A stretch of DNA of 64,000 nt. It comes from Puccinia triticina. Its lineage: Eukaryota. The notes under the pieces are model-generated. The model was not told where the DNA came from. It worked only from the letters and a program-made list of their open reading frames with translations, and did not search any database. Positions 37,285-50,949 of the stretch are shown here, in pieces (position 1 is the stretch's first letter; each line of letters begins with the position of its first letter). The position numbers were made by a program, and so were the translations under genes. The stretch covers positions 5,146,001-5,210,000 of the forward strand of contig CP110439.1 in assembly GCA_026914245.1 (NCBI GenBank). Direction: 5' to 3'.

Positions 37285-40200
37285 TTAATTTTCATCCAAA
37301 ACTATAATATTTCTTTTACCTTTCTGCTTGATTTGGTTTTTGTCCTTCATACCTTGTTTCCACTTTTGCAAGGCACCTTCTTCAATCAAGTTGTTCTTGG
37401 AGTAAAAGGTGACAGTCATCCCATGAGTTAATGATTGAGCAGCAAGTCTGTGCCTCTTTGACAAGACATAATCGTGCCCAAAGCTAAATGCTCTCTTGAC
37501 ATCAACTGATGTTGCTAAAAATGAAGTAAAAGTGAGTTCGGATGGAGTAACAATTGGGATCAGGTAGATTGCTGGCTCACCAGGACAGCTCAAGACATCC
37601 AACGCCATATGGACTAGGCCTCCGTGGCTGTTCCCAGCAGATTTCTGTTGTATCCACCACTGCAACGGATTCACTGGTTTGGTACCGTTTAGTATAAGTC
37701 CTCCCGCTAAACATGCATCCAATGCATCAGACGACAAATCCCCCCTTGGGCAGCGGCAGCCTCTCCCAGGTCGGCAAGCATGCCGGTCTTTGGCTGTGAG
37801 GAGACAAGAATTTTTAATACTTGGTTTGTAAATGTAAAACCAGTTATTTCACCTTTGAGCTTGCAGTCACACTTGGTGCCAAGGAGGAAGGAGCAACTGT
37901 TTTTGGCTTGTAAGTCAATACCCACATTTCTTGAGCTAGCCGTATAGCTTTGGTGATCCAGTCAGGCTCCCAGTTGGCCAACCTGAAGTACTTGTCTCTA
38001 AATGAGGGGTGCAGCACTGAGAAACAGTTTCAGTAAGAGGAATCTGAACATTAATATGCAAAATAGACATACATATTGCAATCCTGTAAAGAGGGGATGT
38101 ATCTGTCAAGCTGTAATATTTGTTTTTTATTTTCAATCTGATTTGGCAGGCGTTCCTTAATGCCGCTGGGTATCTTTTATTGCTGATGAAGGTTGATAGA
38201 TGTTCAGTTATTTGATCAATGTATAGAACTATGTTTGCTAATCAAGTTGATCCGGCAACCAAAAATTGAAGAGTTATCTCATTTAAAACATTCAGGACCT
38301 CGACCAAATTGTGTTCCAAGTTGAAGTCACCCTTTTCCACGTGATTTTTACGATCTAAACCATCCCGCTTATGACGCTGCCAAACAAGACTTAAATAGAC
38401 CAGTTGTTAGTAATTTTACATTACACTGCAGTGGAAAGAAGACTTACATGGCATCTTCACACCTGATTATGCTTTTGAGTTGTACATTTGTTGAATTCCA
38501 TCGAGTTCAAACATCTCTTTCAATGTTATGAGGAGTTTTCCATCCTTTCTCCAGACAGATCTCAACAAACTCAGCTTTTAAGTTTGGTGAAAATCTCAAC
38601 TTCTTTGAAATCAATCAGAACTATACCAGAATAAAGATTCAGGTTGATGAGACAAATGGACCATCTAATTAACAAATATAACACTAACTTTTGCCAATGT
38701 CTCTTTGCAGGATTGATTTGTGTAGCAATCATTTTTGTCTTCATCGCGAGCGAGTTCAATATTGGCCTTGGTGAGCGTTTTGGTCTTTTCTTCATGCTTG
38801 TCCTTGCTCTCATATTGGTCTGATTTGCCAATTGATTCAACATCACTAGAATCTTGCAAGGTGTCATGGTGCCCTGAAGAGAGGCTATGATTTGAAAAGC
38901 AAATCAACAATCAACACTGTTTCCAATTGAGGAATTCAAGAGTTACTTACCATCTAATTTGCCGCTGCGGGGAATCATCATCATCCAATTCTTCTTCATC
39001 AAACACAAATGGGCAACCCTTGGCAGTGCCTTTCTTCTGAGTTCCAAATGGGCGGAGTATTGCTTGGACAATTAAGTTGAGGATATGAGTGAAACACCTG
39101 ATCCACTGAGTGTTGCCTTTAAAGTGAAGCCACTTGAGCTTTTTGAGCTCCCTCACCATCACCTTGTTATTTTTGGCATTGTCGCTCACAATACCAAATA
39201 TCTAAACAAAAAAATGAGTCCGCGCAGAAATAGAAACAGAAAACAAACTTGGCCTACCTTATTTTGAATTCCAAATTTCTCGCAAACCAAACAGACCGTG
39301 TTTGCAAGGTACTCACCAGTGTGGCTTTCTGAGAAGGTAACAAAGTCTAGAGGCATTGCCTCCAATTGGACATCCCCAGCATCTTCGGCTAATCAATAGA
39401 CAACGGTACCCAAAATATCAAAAATGTTTGGAGATTGCCATGTGTCAACACCTAAATACAATGCACCTTTGTGAGCCTACAAATATCAAAGGTGTTACAG
39501 TCAGTTCATAGAAAGGAAATGAGAATTGAGGAACCCAAACTCAAAACCTCTGGTGTTTGTTTTGTATAGTAGAGTAGAGCATATGAATGTCCTTTGAAAC
39601 AGCCCGCGGGGTCGGTAAGTGCTTGACAACCGTTGGATGAAGTATTGCTTTATGGCTTGCATATGTCAGGGCTGAAAATGGCCTTGCGGCCTTGGCGCAC
39701 CATATGGCACATAGCTAGGGCACCTAGATTTTCCAGTAGACTTCTCAGGTGAAATTCAAAGGGCTCACCTCCTTTGCATTGATTTGCCCACTTGCAGAAA
39801 ATCCAAGAACGGCCAGCTTCTGATTTTCTTTGATTTCTTGATGTTTAGGTTGACAGATCAAGGTGTGTTTGTTCAGGTTACTACAGGATGAATCTGAGGT
39901 AGGACGGTTGATCTTGGTGCCGCATCTGAATGCAGTTCCAGTCATATTCATAAGCAACAACTTGATAAATTGAAGCAATCCAGACTTAAATTTGGCAACA
40001 ATAGGCAATCGCCCGCCTGCCATGCTTATCCTTTTGTTCGGAAAGCTGTGGTACATGGTAAGATTGATAGGTTGTACTGATAGCATTCGCGGCAATTCTC
40101 TGAGCTCTTTCTGCATGAAGGAAGCTATTAATTTAAAATGGTTAGTGATGTGAGTTGAGAAAAAAATTTACTTAGCTCCTCCTCATCAGTCAATGTCTTG

Positions 40201-40300
40201 CCTGGAGTGGTTCCAGATGAGGGGGCAGGACTGTTGGGGGTGCTGTTGCCTTGGGGTGTATGGTCCTGGGTTGATGGGTGTCTCTTGCGGGGGCGTGCCA
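37285..40300 (-). pseudogene. Spliced, degenerate hAT transposase (5' end approximate)
   Basis: YLGVDTWQS, HTGEYLA, SDNAKN, RCFTHILNL, KYYSLTD; dimerisation region PLQWW..MALDVLSCP|ATSVDVKRAFS; stops and frameshifts. Confidence 0.88.
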
Positions 40301-40478
40301 TGTTGATTTTTCCAGGTTGAGTGGCAGGTTAGATCAACAAAGGACAGGATATGGCTACATATCAATCTCCAAAGCAAACCAATAGCCGGGCCTACCCGGT
40401 CTCCCCCCGGGGGTCTGGCGGTACTTGGGGGCGGTACCCGGGTACCGCACCGCTTTTTCCAAAAAAATAGGCACCCGG

Positions 40479-43400
40479 TGTTAGGACATGAGTATGGTTA
40501 TACCCAGTCCAGTACTAGTCGACTGCGGCGTAGCTTGTAGATAGTATATATAGTGTTTCCCGTCTCCCATTCTAGTAATGATATCATGTCTGCACGACCA
40601 TATCACAACAGGTCATGAGCCCCTAAAAGTATTTTGCTACATCAAAACAACCCTGAAAATCACCAACCATTTTCCAGTCTAAACATCCTATCTATAGCTA
40701 TTCTTTCGTAAACAACGTGAAGGTCGCGAGGTACCAACAAGTTTGAAATCCTTGTTGCGAGCTGTGAAAAGTTCTATCTATCCGTTTTCGTCAGAGATTG
40801 ATGCTTTCTCCTGGCCAGTTTAGGCTCATCTTCATAATACGGACGAGTAGATAGTCCTGAGTAATCTCTTGCTTTCAAGATTTTGGCTTTTTGGTAAAAC
40901 TTTGCTGGACCCTACCGCAACCTATTCGACCTCCATCTAAGCCTGATGGGCCCTGTGGTTTTTCAACTGCCCCCCATCTGTTAACTTGAATATGCCCCAA
41001 GATGTTTGCAAACTGTCTCCCATCTTGCCTGTTCCCTCGCCTCTCCCTATCATATATGCTTCTGCTCCTGCGAAATCATCTCTTCCTGTCAAGTCTGATG
41101 ACTCAATCTTTCAATTTCTGGTGGAGAAATATAATTTTGATTGGCATGCATCTGATCTGTCAAAAGACAAACTCACACTTCTCTTTTGGCATTGACTATT
41201 TGGCCATGCGGGCATCCGCCGGATCCAAAAAATGATCAAACTTAAACTTGGGGTGGGCCTGCCTGCATCCATACCTAAGGGTGATATCAAATGCCTGGTA
41301 TGCATGATAGCCAAGGGTACCCGTTCAAATAACTTACTACCCTCATACAAACCCACAGAGACCCTGGGCATCATCGCTTGTGACTTGATGGGACCTTTTG
41401 AGATCCCTACTTTTGGCGTGGGTTGCTATGTACTGGCGATCAGGGATCTAGCTAGCTCGTACAGTGAGATAAAAATCATGAAAAAGAAGAGTGAAGCGAC
41501 GAAACTAATAATCGCGCAGATCCTACGTTTTGAGACAGAAACAGGTAAAAAGGTCAAATGCGTTCGGTCAGACAATGGAGGCGAATTCGAGTCAAAGGCG
41601 CTTGCGAAATTCCTGCAAGAAAAAGGTATCAAGGCGGAAAGGTCCCTCCTGTACCACCACTATCAAAACGGTGCAATTGAGAGGTACAATCAAACGGTCT
41701 TGGACATGGGCAGATCAGTTCTCACCAACAGTCTGTTACCACAAAATTTCTGGGTTTTTGCGTTTCTATGGGCGAACTACACGCTTAATCAGATCCCTAT
41801 TAAGGTAAGTGGCCACAAAACTCCTTTCGAAGCCTTTTTCGGCTACAAACCTTTGGTGGATCATCTGCGTATTTTTGGCAGCAAAGCCTTTATACTGATA
41901 CCTCCGGAAAAGCGACAACGTCTGGATGATTGCGCAGTGGAAGGACATGTGATTGGATATATTGACGGTAGTAAAGGCTGGATGTTCTGGGTGCCGTCAC
42001 TGAACAAAATCGTGAACTCCGCATGGGCACAATTCGCTGATGACCCGCTGAAACTGGACACTGGATCCACAAAGAAAATTGACAACATTGACCCTTCCCT
42101 ACTCCCATCCTGTCAAAAGCCAGTTGATCAAACTATGACAGGACCGATGGCCCTTCGTTTTGTCATGGCGGCAGATCTGGGTGACTTCAGCGATGAGGTG
42201 ATTGTGCAAAAGCAGGAGCAACTACAGGACCAGCTTCAAGAGGCGACCAAGTCCCTTACCTTGGTCCCCAAGAAATACAAAGACATCCTGAAACATCCGG
42301 AGAAGGAGGCGTGGTTACGAGCAATCCAAGAAGAACTCCAGAACCTCTTTCGACATCAGATCTGGACTATTGAACTGGTACCGCACGGCCGGAAAGTCAT
42401 GGGTGCCAGATGGGTTTTTGTAGAAAAAAGGACATCTGACGGTAAACTGATCAAGCTGAAAGCCAGGTACGTTGCAAAGGGCTATGCCCAAATTGCGGGG
42501 GTAGAGTTCATGGATACCTTTGCACCAATGGCAACTTTTTTTTTGCTGCGTTTGCTACTCACCATTGCCGCCAAGTGTAACTGGCCGGTTTACTCCTTTG
42601 ACTTTGTAGCAGCCTATCTTCACTCACCAATTGATGAAGAGATTTGGGTTTGGCCTCCGGAAGGTCTTGATGTTCCCAAAGGTTATGCCTGCAAGCTACA
42701 GAAAGCCCTATATGGTACGAAACAAGCAGCGCGGTGCTGGTGGAAGCACCTACAAAGCAAGCTGAAACAACTCGGGTACACACCTAGTCAATTTGATAAC
42801 TCTCTCTATATCCTACAGCATGAACAACACAAAGGTGCTATCTGGGTTCATGTTGATGACGGCATTGTCACCGGATCAAATGACAATATCTTGCGTAAAC
42901 TGGAGACAGATCTAAAAGACTGTCTAGAAATCAAATGGCAAGAAGGTGTTGAAACCATTGTTGGTGTAGAAGTTAAAAGGTCCAAAGGTCAGTTCTCCCT
43001 GCAACAAATTAAGTTGATTGACAAAATCCTAGAGGACCATTGGGATCAACGATCTTTAGCAAACACGTCACTGCCGTCTGGATACACAGCGGACACAGAT
43101 GTTGAGGGAGAAGGTAATCCTGATACATCCACTGACTATCTCTCCTTAGTCGGCAGCTTGAGCTACCTAGCGGTAGGAACCCGTCCAGATATAGCATATG
43201 CTGTCAATTACATGGCTCATTTCAGTGCTAGCCCAACACCGGGACACTGGAAAGCACTGAGACACGTGGTGAATCATATTGCTAACACGCGAGATTGTTT
43301 TCTAATAATTAAGCCGCAGGAGATGTCCGAACCACTGAGGTGCTACAGTGACGCGGGATGGGGAGGTGAATTCCAACGATCATCCTATGGCATCTTCCTC

Positions 43401-43945
43401 TCTTTCTACGGAGCGCCTATACTCTGGATTGCTCGAAGACTGCACACTGGCGGCGTCGACATGCCAAGCGGAGTACATGGCTCTAGGCATGGCGACGAGA
43501 CAGTTGCTATGGGTTCAACAACTCATAGAGTACATTCTGGGACACCGCTTTCGCGGACATTTGGTATGTGATAATCAAGCTGCGATAAAAGTGGGAAAGG
43601 ATGACAGTTCCAACAAACGCACAAGACACACGGAACGCGAATACTACATAACTAAACAAGCTCTCTTTGAAAATAAGGCCACCCTGTCATGGGTTTCAAC
43701 AGATAAACAACTGGCCGATATACTGACCAAGGCACTGACTCCGGAGAAACATGAGTCATTGGCCAGGCAGGAACAAGGCAAAATATACAACTCCGCCTGA
43801 TCGGCAGGTGGGGTGTTAGGACATGAGTATGCTTATACCCAGTCCAGTACTAGTCAACTGCGGCGTAGCTTGTAGATAGTATATATAGTGTTTCCCGTCT
43901 CCCATTCTAGTAATGATATCATGTCTGCACGACCATATCACAACA
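40479..43945 (+). mobile_element. Ty1/copia LTR retrotransposon, internally deleted
   Basis: 132-bp LTRs at 40479-40610 and 43814-43945 (2 mismatches); TSD CCCGG; PBS GGTCATGAGCCC at 40611; purine-rich tract before the 3' LTR. Confidence 0.97.
40986..43800 (+). pseudogene. Copia pol (integrase-RT-RNase H) with a stop and a frameshift
   Basis: WH*LFGH..C..C, DLMGP, RSDNGGEF, QNGAIER, KARYVAKG, KALYGTKQA, VHVDD, YSDAGW, STCQAEY, QLADILTK; TGA at 41193; frameshift near 43448. Confidence 0.93.
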
Positions 43946-44694
43946 CCCGGCACCGCCTGGCGGGTGCGCGGCGGGTGCGGGCGGTACCCGCCCGCGGGTG
44001 CCGGGTACCGGTTGACATTCTCTACAACTCCCAAAAAATATGATTTGGGAGTTGATTAGTTAATCCCCATAATATAAGATAACTCCTCTCAATGACTGGT
44101 TCCCTTGGGTCATCGAGAGGAGTGTTGCCTCCTCTGAGTCTTGATGACCGGGGCAAACCCGGTCATTGAGATACATGCATCCGGATGACCAGAACAAGGC
44201 TTGCAGAGGGTGGTGGGTGGTGCTGGAGGAGTGATGGATTGCAGCTTGAACTGCCAGTCCATAATTGGAGCTGAGCCGCAACTGCTGTGACATGTGGTTG
44301 CGGGCCGGGGAACACAGGGTTGGAGATGCTCTAAAAATGTGGGATCCCAGAATATCCGCCCATATCCGCCGTGCTGGTCACCCGGACCACGGATATCTGG
44401 TGTGATCCGCATTTCTTCACCAGACACCCCGGATGATTCACCGGATACTGCCTGTACCGCCGGCTCGGAGACCGTTGCCCGGCCCACGCCCCTCGGCATC
44501 GGCTGGGCATCGCATCCGCCCCGGAGAAGCAGCCATACATATTTAAGAGCCCACTGGCCGCACTCCCCGGCCCCTTATCCGTGTCCCCATCTGTTTCAGT
44601 TCTTCCACCATCTTCAGCCGCCTGTCTACCACGTTCTTCTTCAGTTTCCAGTACATACATATATAGTCTTTCCAGCGTAAATAAACAAACAAAC

Positions 44695-46832
44695 ATGTCT
44701 TCATTAGTATCCCGAGTGTGTACATATCTGAGCCAAGTGACCAGCGGCATCCCGTACATCGCCTTCACGGTCTCCTTCGGCCTGATGGTCGACATGGCCA
44801 GCTTCGGCCTGCTCGTCCCCGTCCTGCCCTACCGGCTGGAGGCCATCGGCTACGCCGAAGTTGCCGCCAGCACCTCCTACCGTACGCACACCCACTCCAC
44901 TCCACACCCCATCATACCCTGCTAATGACACCCGACCTGTGCTCCAGTCATCGCCGCATTCGCATTCGGACTCATCGTCTCCTCGGTAAGCTCTCCGCCC
45001 ATCTCTGGCACACACAGGGCCGTGCTGACGCCCTTACCTCACAGATCCCCATCAGTATCCTCGGCGAGATGGTCAAGTCCAGGAAGCTGCCCCTCCTGGC
45101 AGGCCTCACATGCTTAGGTCAGTCCACCCACACACACACACCCCATCCTGCACCCGCTAACAACGCCCCGCCAACCACACAGCCGCAAGCCTGGCCGCCT
45201 TCTGGCTCTCCTCCTCCTTCGCCGTCCTCGTCATTTCGCGGATCATCCAGGGCTTCAGGTGCGCGCTTCCCACGCCCCTCGTCTGTGTGTGTTCTCCAAA
45301 ACCGCTTACACCCTGTGTGTCTTTTTGGACAGCGGCACGGCCATCTGGACTCTCGGCCTGGCCTTGATCTGCGACGTGGTCCCGGAGGCCCGGATCGGCG
45401 TCGTGATGGGATACGTCTTGTAAGCGCGCGCGCGTCGGCGAAGTCGCCAGCAGGGTTATTCTGACCCGAACATCTCTCCGCAGGATCGGCTGGTCGATCG
45501 GCACGGTCGCCGGCCCCTTGATCGGCGGCTTGCTCTACGACTCGTACGGCTACGACGCCATCTTCATCTTCGCCCTCTCCATGAGTAAGCCCCCCATCAG
45601 CCGCACCACATGAGGCCAAAGATCCTGATGACCGTCGTGAACTCCTCTGCTGCCGCCACAGCTGCCGTCGACTTCGTCCTCCGCTCGCTCGTCCAGGACA
45701 AGAAATGCATCCAGAACATCGCCGCCCCAGCGCCCCTCGATGCCGAGCTCGACGCCGAAAAGCGCGCCGAGTGCGCTGGAGATGCGCGCCCAAAGCCTGC
45801 TTCAGCGGCCCGAGCCGTGCTCTCCTTGTTGACGAACCCGCGCGTGCTGACGCTATTCGCACTGACCCTAGTCATCGGTGAGCGACCCTCGCCCCTCCTC
45901 TCCCGCCCCCACAGCGCTCCTCACCATGTGTGTTTTTCGGATATGTTCAGGCTTTGCGTTCGGCGGGCTTCTGGACACGGGGCTAGCGATGCTAGTCAAG
46001 CACCGGTACGGGCTCAGCTCGCACGGTGCCGCGCTGATGTTCATTGCCGTCGTCGTCCCCTCGGTCGTCTCGAGCCCGATCGCCGGCCACTTGGCCGACA
46101 AGATCGGCGCCAAGACCCCCGTCGTCTCGCTCCTCCTCCTCGGCACCCCGTTCTTCGGCCTCATGAGCATCAACGCTTCTCTCCCCGCATTGGTCACCTT
46201 CATCGCTTTCGCTGGTACGCCCCCCCTCCCCCTCCCTTCCCCAAAAGAGCGACATCCATTGATCCCCGCCCGTGACTTGCAGGTATCTTCATGCTCGCAC
46301 TTGCTGCGCCACTCATGCAAGGTGAGCTTCCCTTCTCTTTCCCCTGCCACAGTTGATGCATTGGACTCACCATCTGCGATGGGTCGGTTGCGGGAACCGC
46401 TCTAGATCTGGCCGAAGTCGTCAAGGTGACCCCAGGATTAGGTGAGTCCCCGAAAGTGTGTGTGTGTTGAGATTACGGGAATCCTGAGCCTGGGATGATT
46501 GCTTTGCACCCACAGGTTTCGCCCACGTCTACGGCATCTTCAACATGGTGTACTCGACGGGCGCGATGATTGGATCGCTCTGCGTTGGAGGGCAAGTCGC
46601 GCGCCGCCTACGCGCTCCCCCCTTCCCGTCTCTCTCTCGCCCCAAAAAACTTACGCCCGTGTTTTTGTTGGTTTGGTTGGACAGACTTCTGCAAGGCCTG
46701 GGTATCGAGAGCGGGTGGCAAGTGATGTGTCTGCTCATCACCGGCCTGTTCGCCGCGTCCGTCGTGCCTGCCTGGCTGTTCATCGGCGGGCCCCGGGCGA
46801 CGCGCGCCGAGGAGGCCGCCTCGCCCGTCTAA
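44695..46832 (+). CDS. MFS transporter (DHA1/vesicular amine transporter-like), ~12 exons
   Basis: Spliced product VDMASFGLLVPVLPY, SRKLPLLAGL, SRIIQGFSGTAIWTLGLALICDVVPEARIG, GPLIGGLLYD, GHLADKIGAK, YGIFNMVYS; open across all deduced exons. Confidence 0.92.
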
Positions 46833-47170
46833 GCTGCGCTCTGCCCCGCCTCGCGCCCGCGAACACGCCTGGACATCTCTGAGCTGGCCCGCCGTATCGT
46901 GGTCCGCTCCTCGCCTCCCTTTCCCGCACGACTTGCCGACCATCGGGCTGTGCTACGTGCACATGCCGTCGCGCGACGGGTCCGCCAGCAGGCTTCCATC
47001 GCCGATCTGTTCCTCGGTCTCTCTCGGCCCAATGGCCGTTCATGCAAGACGCGCAAGCGAAACATGGCTCCTCATCCCCGCCCCACAGCGGCCCGCTCAG
47101 CGTGCTGTCTCCAGCACAACCGCTTGTCTATGTGTCCCAGCTGGAATAATCTGTGGTCTTGGTGTATACT

Positions 47171-47510
47171 GTAATAATGTAAAAATGTAAAAATGTAACA
47201 GTATAATAACTTGACAATGCACACATGCAATGGTGCAATGATGCAATGATGCAATGATGTAATAATGTAATAATGTAATAATGTAGTCATGCAATAATGT
47301 AATAATGTAATAATGTAATAATGTAACAATGTAATAATCTGTAATAATGTAATAATGTAATAATGTAATAATGCAACCATGCAATAATGCAATCACGCAA
47401 TGATGCAATGATGTAATAATCTGTCATAATGTAATAATTTAACAATGCAACCATCCAATAATGCAATGACATAACGATGTAATGATGTAATAATGTAATA
47501 ATGTAATAAT
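47171..47510. repeat. Degenerate 8-bp microsatellite (AATAATGT)n
   Basis: Read directly from the sequence. Confidence 0.9.
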
Positions 47511-47581
47511 TATTTCAAAATTAAAAATGACAACACCAGCAGCAAATAACTGGGCTCAAAGACTCAAGTCTTACTAAGAAA

Positions 47582-47674
47582 GTCTCCGACAGGAGGGACT
47601 TGAACCCTAGCTTGCCAAACTCACACATGTAGCAAGAAAGTATTCCAGCCATCTCCCACAACGTCTTGTGCAGA
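47582..47674 (-). other. Decayed tRNA-like/SINE-like fragment
   Basis: T-arm/B-box AGGG-TTCAAGT-CCCT followed by TGTCGGAG; D arm and anticodon arm not convincing. Confidence 0.3.
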
Positions 47675-48399
47675 GTTTAATAGTGCAATGTTTGCAGGCC
47701 ATGATGGAGAAAACAGACATTGCCCAGCGCTCCCCTGCTCCATGCTCCAAGGTGCCAAGGGTGGGGGGGGGGGGGGGGGGGAGGCTCAGTGAGTAGTGTC
47801 AGCATCCGCAGTTTGCAGCTGGGGATGGGGAAGGAATCTGCGGATATCCGGCTGGTTTGGGCAGATGTGTGCTGGGATTTGACTGACTTCCGGACAGACT
47901 TGCTCGCATTAGAGTCTTGGAAGCAAGGGAAGAAGCCCGCCCCCTCAATTTTCATGCTATGTGCGTCGCGGGTCAAATCTGTTGGATGGCCGCCTTTTGG
48001 CTTTGAAATTAAACACTAGTCCCAGCCTCCATGCGGGCATGCAGCATTTTGCTGGTTGCAAAGCAACCTTGGTCTCTGACCAAAGTGAGTGCATGCACCA
48101 GGAGGGAATTGGTACTCTCCCTAAGACTGTATGTTCTTTCTGGAACCCTTTCTGATATCAACTGGTCAAGCATTTTGATTTAAGCTTCAAATAATTTTAT
48201 TTTCATTGTTATGTTCAACTGAGGCTGAACGGTGATCCACCCCATGGTGGCCAACACTGGGAATTGGGTGGAGGGTACATCTACTCAATGGTTGGTACAC
48301 ATTGGGATTCTACACTGACTGGTGTGTACTGGCCATCAAGTAGAAACACCCTAGATATGCCCAATGAATGGGGTTTGCACCAATTATGGTCTTCAAATA

Positions 48400-48542
48400 G
48401 GGTGTTCAAAGTTGACTTGCATTAAATCATAAAATCTAAGCTGAAAAAAATATGTACCAACCAAACACTCAAATTAGAGCAACATTTCTAAAATGGTACA
48501 TATAAAATCATTATTTGAAAATTTTAGGATATTATGATTTTA
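48400..48542. mobile_element. Left half of a Tourist-like MITE; right half at ~53345-53390
   Basis: Matches the 28764 copy up to ATTATGATTTTA; the right end TTGAAAAGTTTATTATTTCAACTTTGAA lies beyond the Helitron. Confidence 0.7.
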
Positions 48543-49364
48543 CTAGAGGCCAAGGCGGCTGCCCCGCTGTATGTGATGCCCCAGGAAAATCTTGGTCAAG
48601 CCAAACTTCAATTGTGCATGCATCAATATCCTCAACCTGATTTGGCAAGATTTCAACCTGGACATGCCTAAGATTCAGATTCAACTTACTGTGATAAATA
48701 ATGACATTTTTTATGTTTTTCCAACCTTCAAATTGAGCATTAGAAGAATTTTTGTTGCTTCACTGCTGTAATTCTTGTTTGAGAGCAGCAAACTTAGCAC
48801 AAGTCCCTCCTGGGAGACTTATTTAAGCTTGTCTCAAGGGTGGCAATTCCACATTTCAAACCTACTGTGCAAAAACTACCAACAATTTACAGGGGTTTTG
48901 TTGGAGCTGCACTGCCACTCTTGGAGTATGTAGACCTTTTGGCGGGGAGTTTGTTTTTATAAGAAGCCTCAAACAGCCATTTCAGACTGAGTTTTCTTGT
49001 AGTTGATTGGTCTGGGATTTCAGACCCAAGTCATCTCCATCTATGGACCATTTTCTGCTTTTGCTCCATCAACAATGAAATATGGTGGCACCAGCTTCAA
49101 ATGGCCATCAATACCTCTTGAAAAATGTATGTATGTAGAACAAATCAATTTTTATTAGCAAGTTGGCAAAGAGGAGTGAGGAGGACAGGATGCAGATCAG
49201 TGGACGCTAGAAACAAAAAAACAAAAACAAAAACTCGGCGTGCGGGAGTCAACGGCGGCTTGGAAGCAAGCGGGGGAAGGTAGTTAGCAGGGGAGGGATC
49301 GGGCAAGAGGTTGGGGGCCAAAGAAGCAGAGGGGGGGAGGCGGGGTGGAGATGATTGGCGGGAG

Positions 49365-50630
49365 TGTCAGCCTTAGAGATACATCAAGTATCCAAAAGAC
49401 TGCAATAACTTAGTAAATAATAATAATTAGTGAATTATTATTGCAGAATCAGATTCCTCAACGTAAATTAAGGGGGGTCACACACTCAAAGTACCCCCTT
49501 ATTCCTATTCCTTCATGTACTAATTTTATAAATAAGAATTGGCCCCAGAAAGCGCCCAAAAATAGTATTACATACATAAATTTAGTAAAAACAAACAATG
49601 TACATAAAATTAAACTGTTGTACATTAATGAGTAATATTAATCGTGTAAAAATACCCCATGAAAGTATTATGTAGACTTCTACTGAAGCTCTTTCACATG
49701 AAAATTGGTTATAAACATGTCATGTGACAGAGTCAGGGAAATTAGTCTATTACAATACAATTAAATTACCCACAGCCAAGCCCTTTTCACGGCTACACCC
49801 CTGGATACTCCCATAGGGAGAAAAGGACTCAGTGTTTACACCCACTGAAGTCCCCTCTATAAATAGAGGCCTATTTGGCCCTCAGGAAAAGATTCCCCAG
49901 ACCATTCACTGCCCATAAACTATAAGTTTGCCATGAATATTCTCCTCTGCTACTATTGTAGCCACTTTTCCTTATAAACCATCCCCAGCACGTAAAATCC
50001 ACTGGATTAAACCCTTTAAATCATCAAAAAATCCCTTATTAGCATATTTAAAGCTTTATCCTTATAAGTAGTTGCCGTAAGACCACCGCCTCTGTCAAGC
50101 AGCCAATCAGTTTAAGCGCTTACCACCTACTTTTTACGCCAAATTACTTCCCTGTAATTAATAATTACATATTATTAATTACATAATTAATCCCTCCTCT
50201 GTTACAGAGTGTAAAACCCTTGTAGTGGCCATATTTACCACGTAACAAGTTTGGTAATTTAAATTACCAGTGTTCAAATCAGTACAGTTATAGTACTAGG
50301 GCCCAAAACCCTTATTTTGACGGGTTTTCTGCCCTAAGTTTCATAAACAGAGCTGTCATTTGGGGGCCTCATTGTGTTTTTAACCCAGAGTACCTGTCAA
50401 GGATAAAACTGACTTTTTGCTGAGCTTTTTCCTTATTTTTAGCAATTATCCCCATATTTTTGCCGTCAGTACTTCAGTTTTTACATAAAAAACCATTAAA
50501 TCCACTAAACAAGTACGAGTTTTTTCCTTGTTTCTGACTTATTGCGCAATAGAGATAAAACAATAAAATACATATAAAAAATACATAAATTAAAACTGTA
50601 CAAAACATATATTTTTACGTTTTTTCCTAT
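49365..50630. mobile_element. AT-rich LTR-like remnant
   Basis: Starts TGTCAGCCTTAGAGA, similar to the 35030 LTR start; TATAAATA at ~49858; right end and TSD not found. Confidence 0.35.
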
Positions 50631-50949
50631 TTTATCAATGGCTATCAAGTGACTTGATAGCCATTGAGTGGCATTAAACCCCAGTATGCCGCTCGATGGC
50701 TGGTCATCAAGTGGCCTGCACAGGACTCAATGGCTGGTCATCATTTGTGGAGTACACACCCCAGTTGATGGCCTGTCATTGGGTGGGATACATACTCCGC
50801 TTGATTGCCATTCATCGAGCAGAGTGTGTACTCCACCGAGTGGTTGGCCATTGATTGGAGTGTTCTGAGGGGGCATGATGCGTAGTGCCCACCGGTGATC
50901 CCCGTTGTCACACAAACGTACGGGTATACGTTGGTGTGACACACAGGAA

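Larger units (their letters stand above)
37015..44024 (-). mobile_element. hAT transposon carrying a nested copia element
   Basis: TIR TAGAGAATGTCAA; 8-bp TSD CAACTCCC at 37007-37014 and 44025-44032; subterminal GGGTACC motifs. Confidence 0.95.

Noticed and set aside
44060..47190. Many overlapping GC-rich ORFs
   Set aside because: Shadow frames of the GC-rich MFS exons; the same applies around SCM3.
47072..47472. His/Tyr/Ile-rich ORFs
   Set aside because: Translations of the 8-bp microsatellite.
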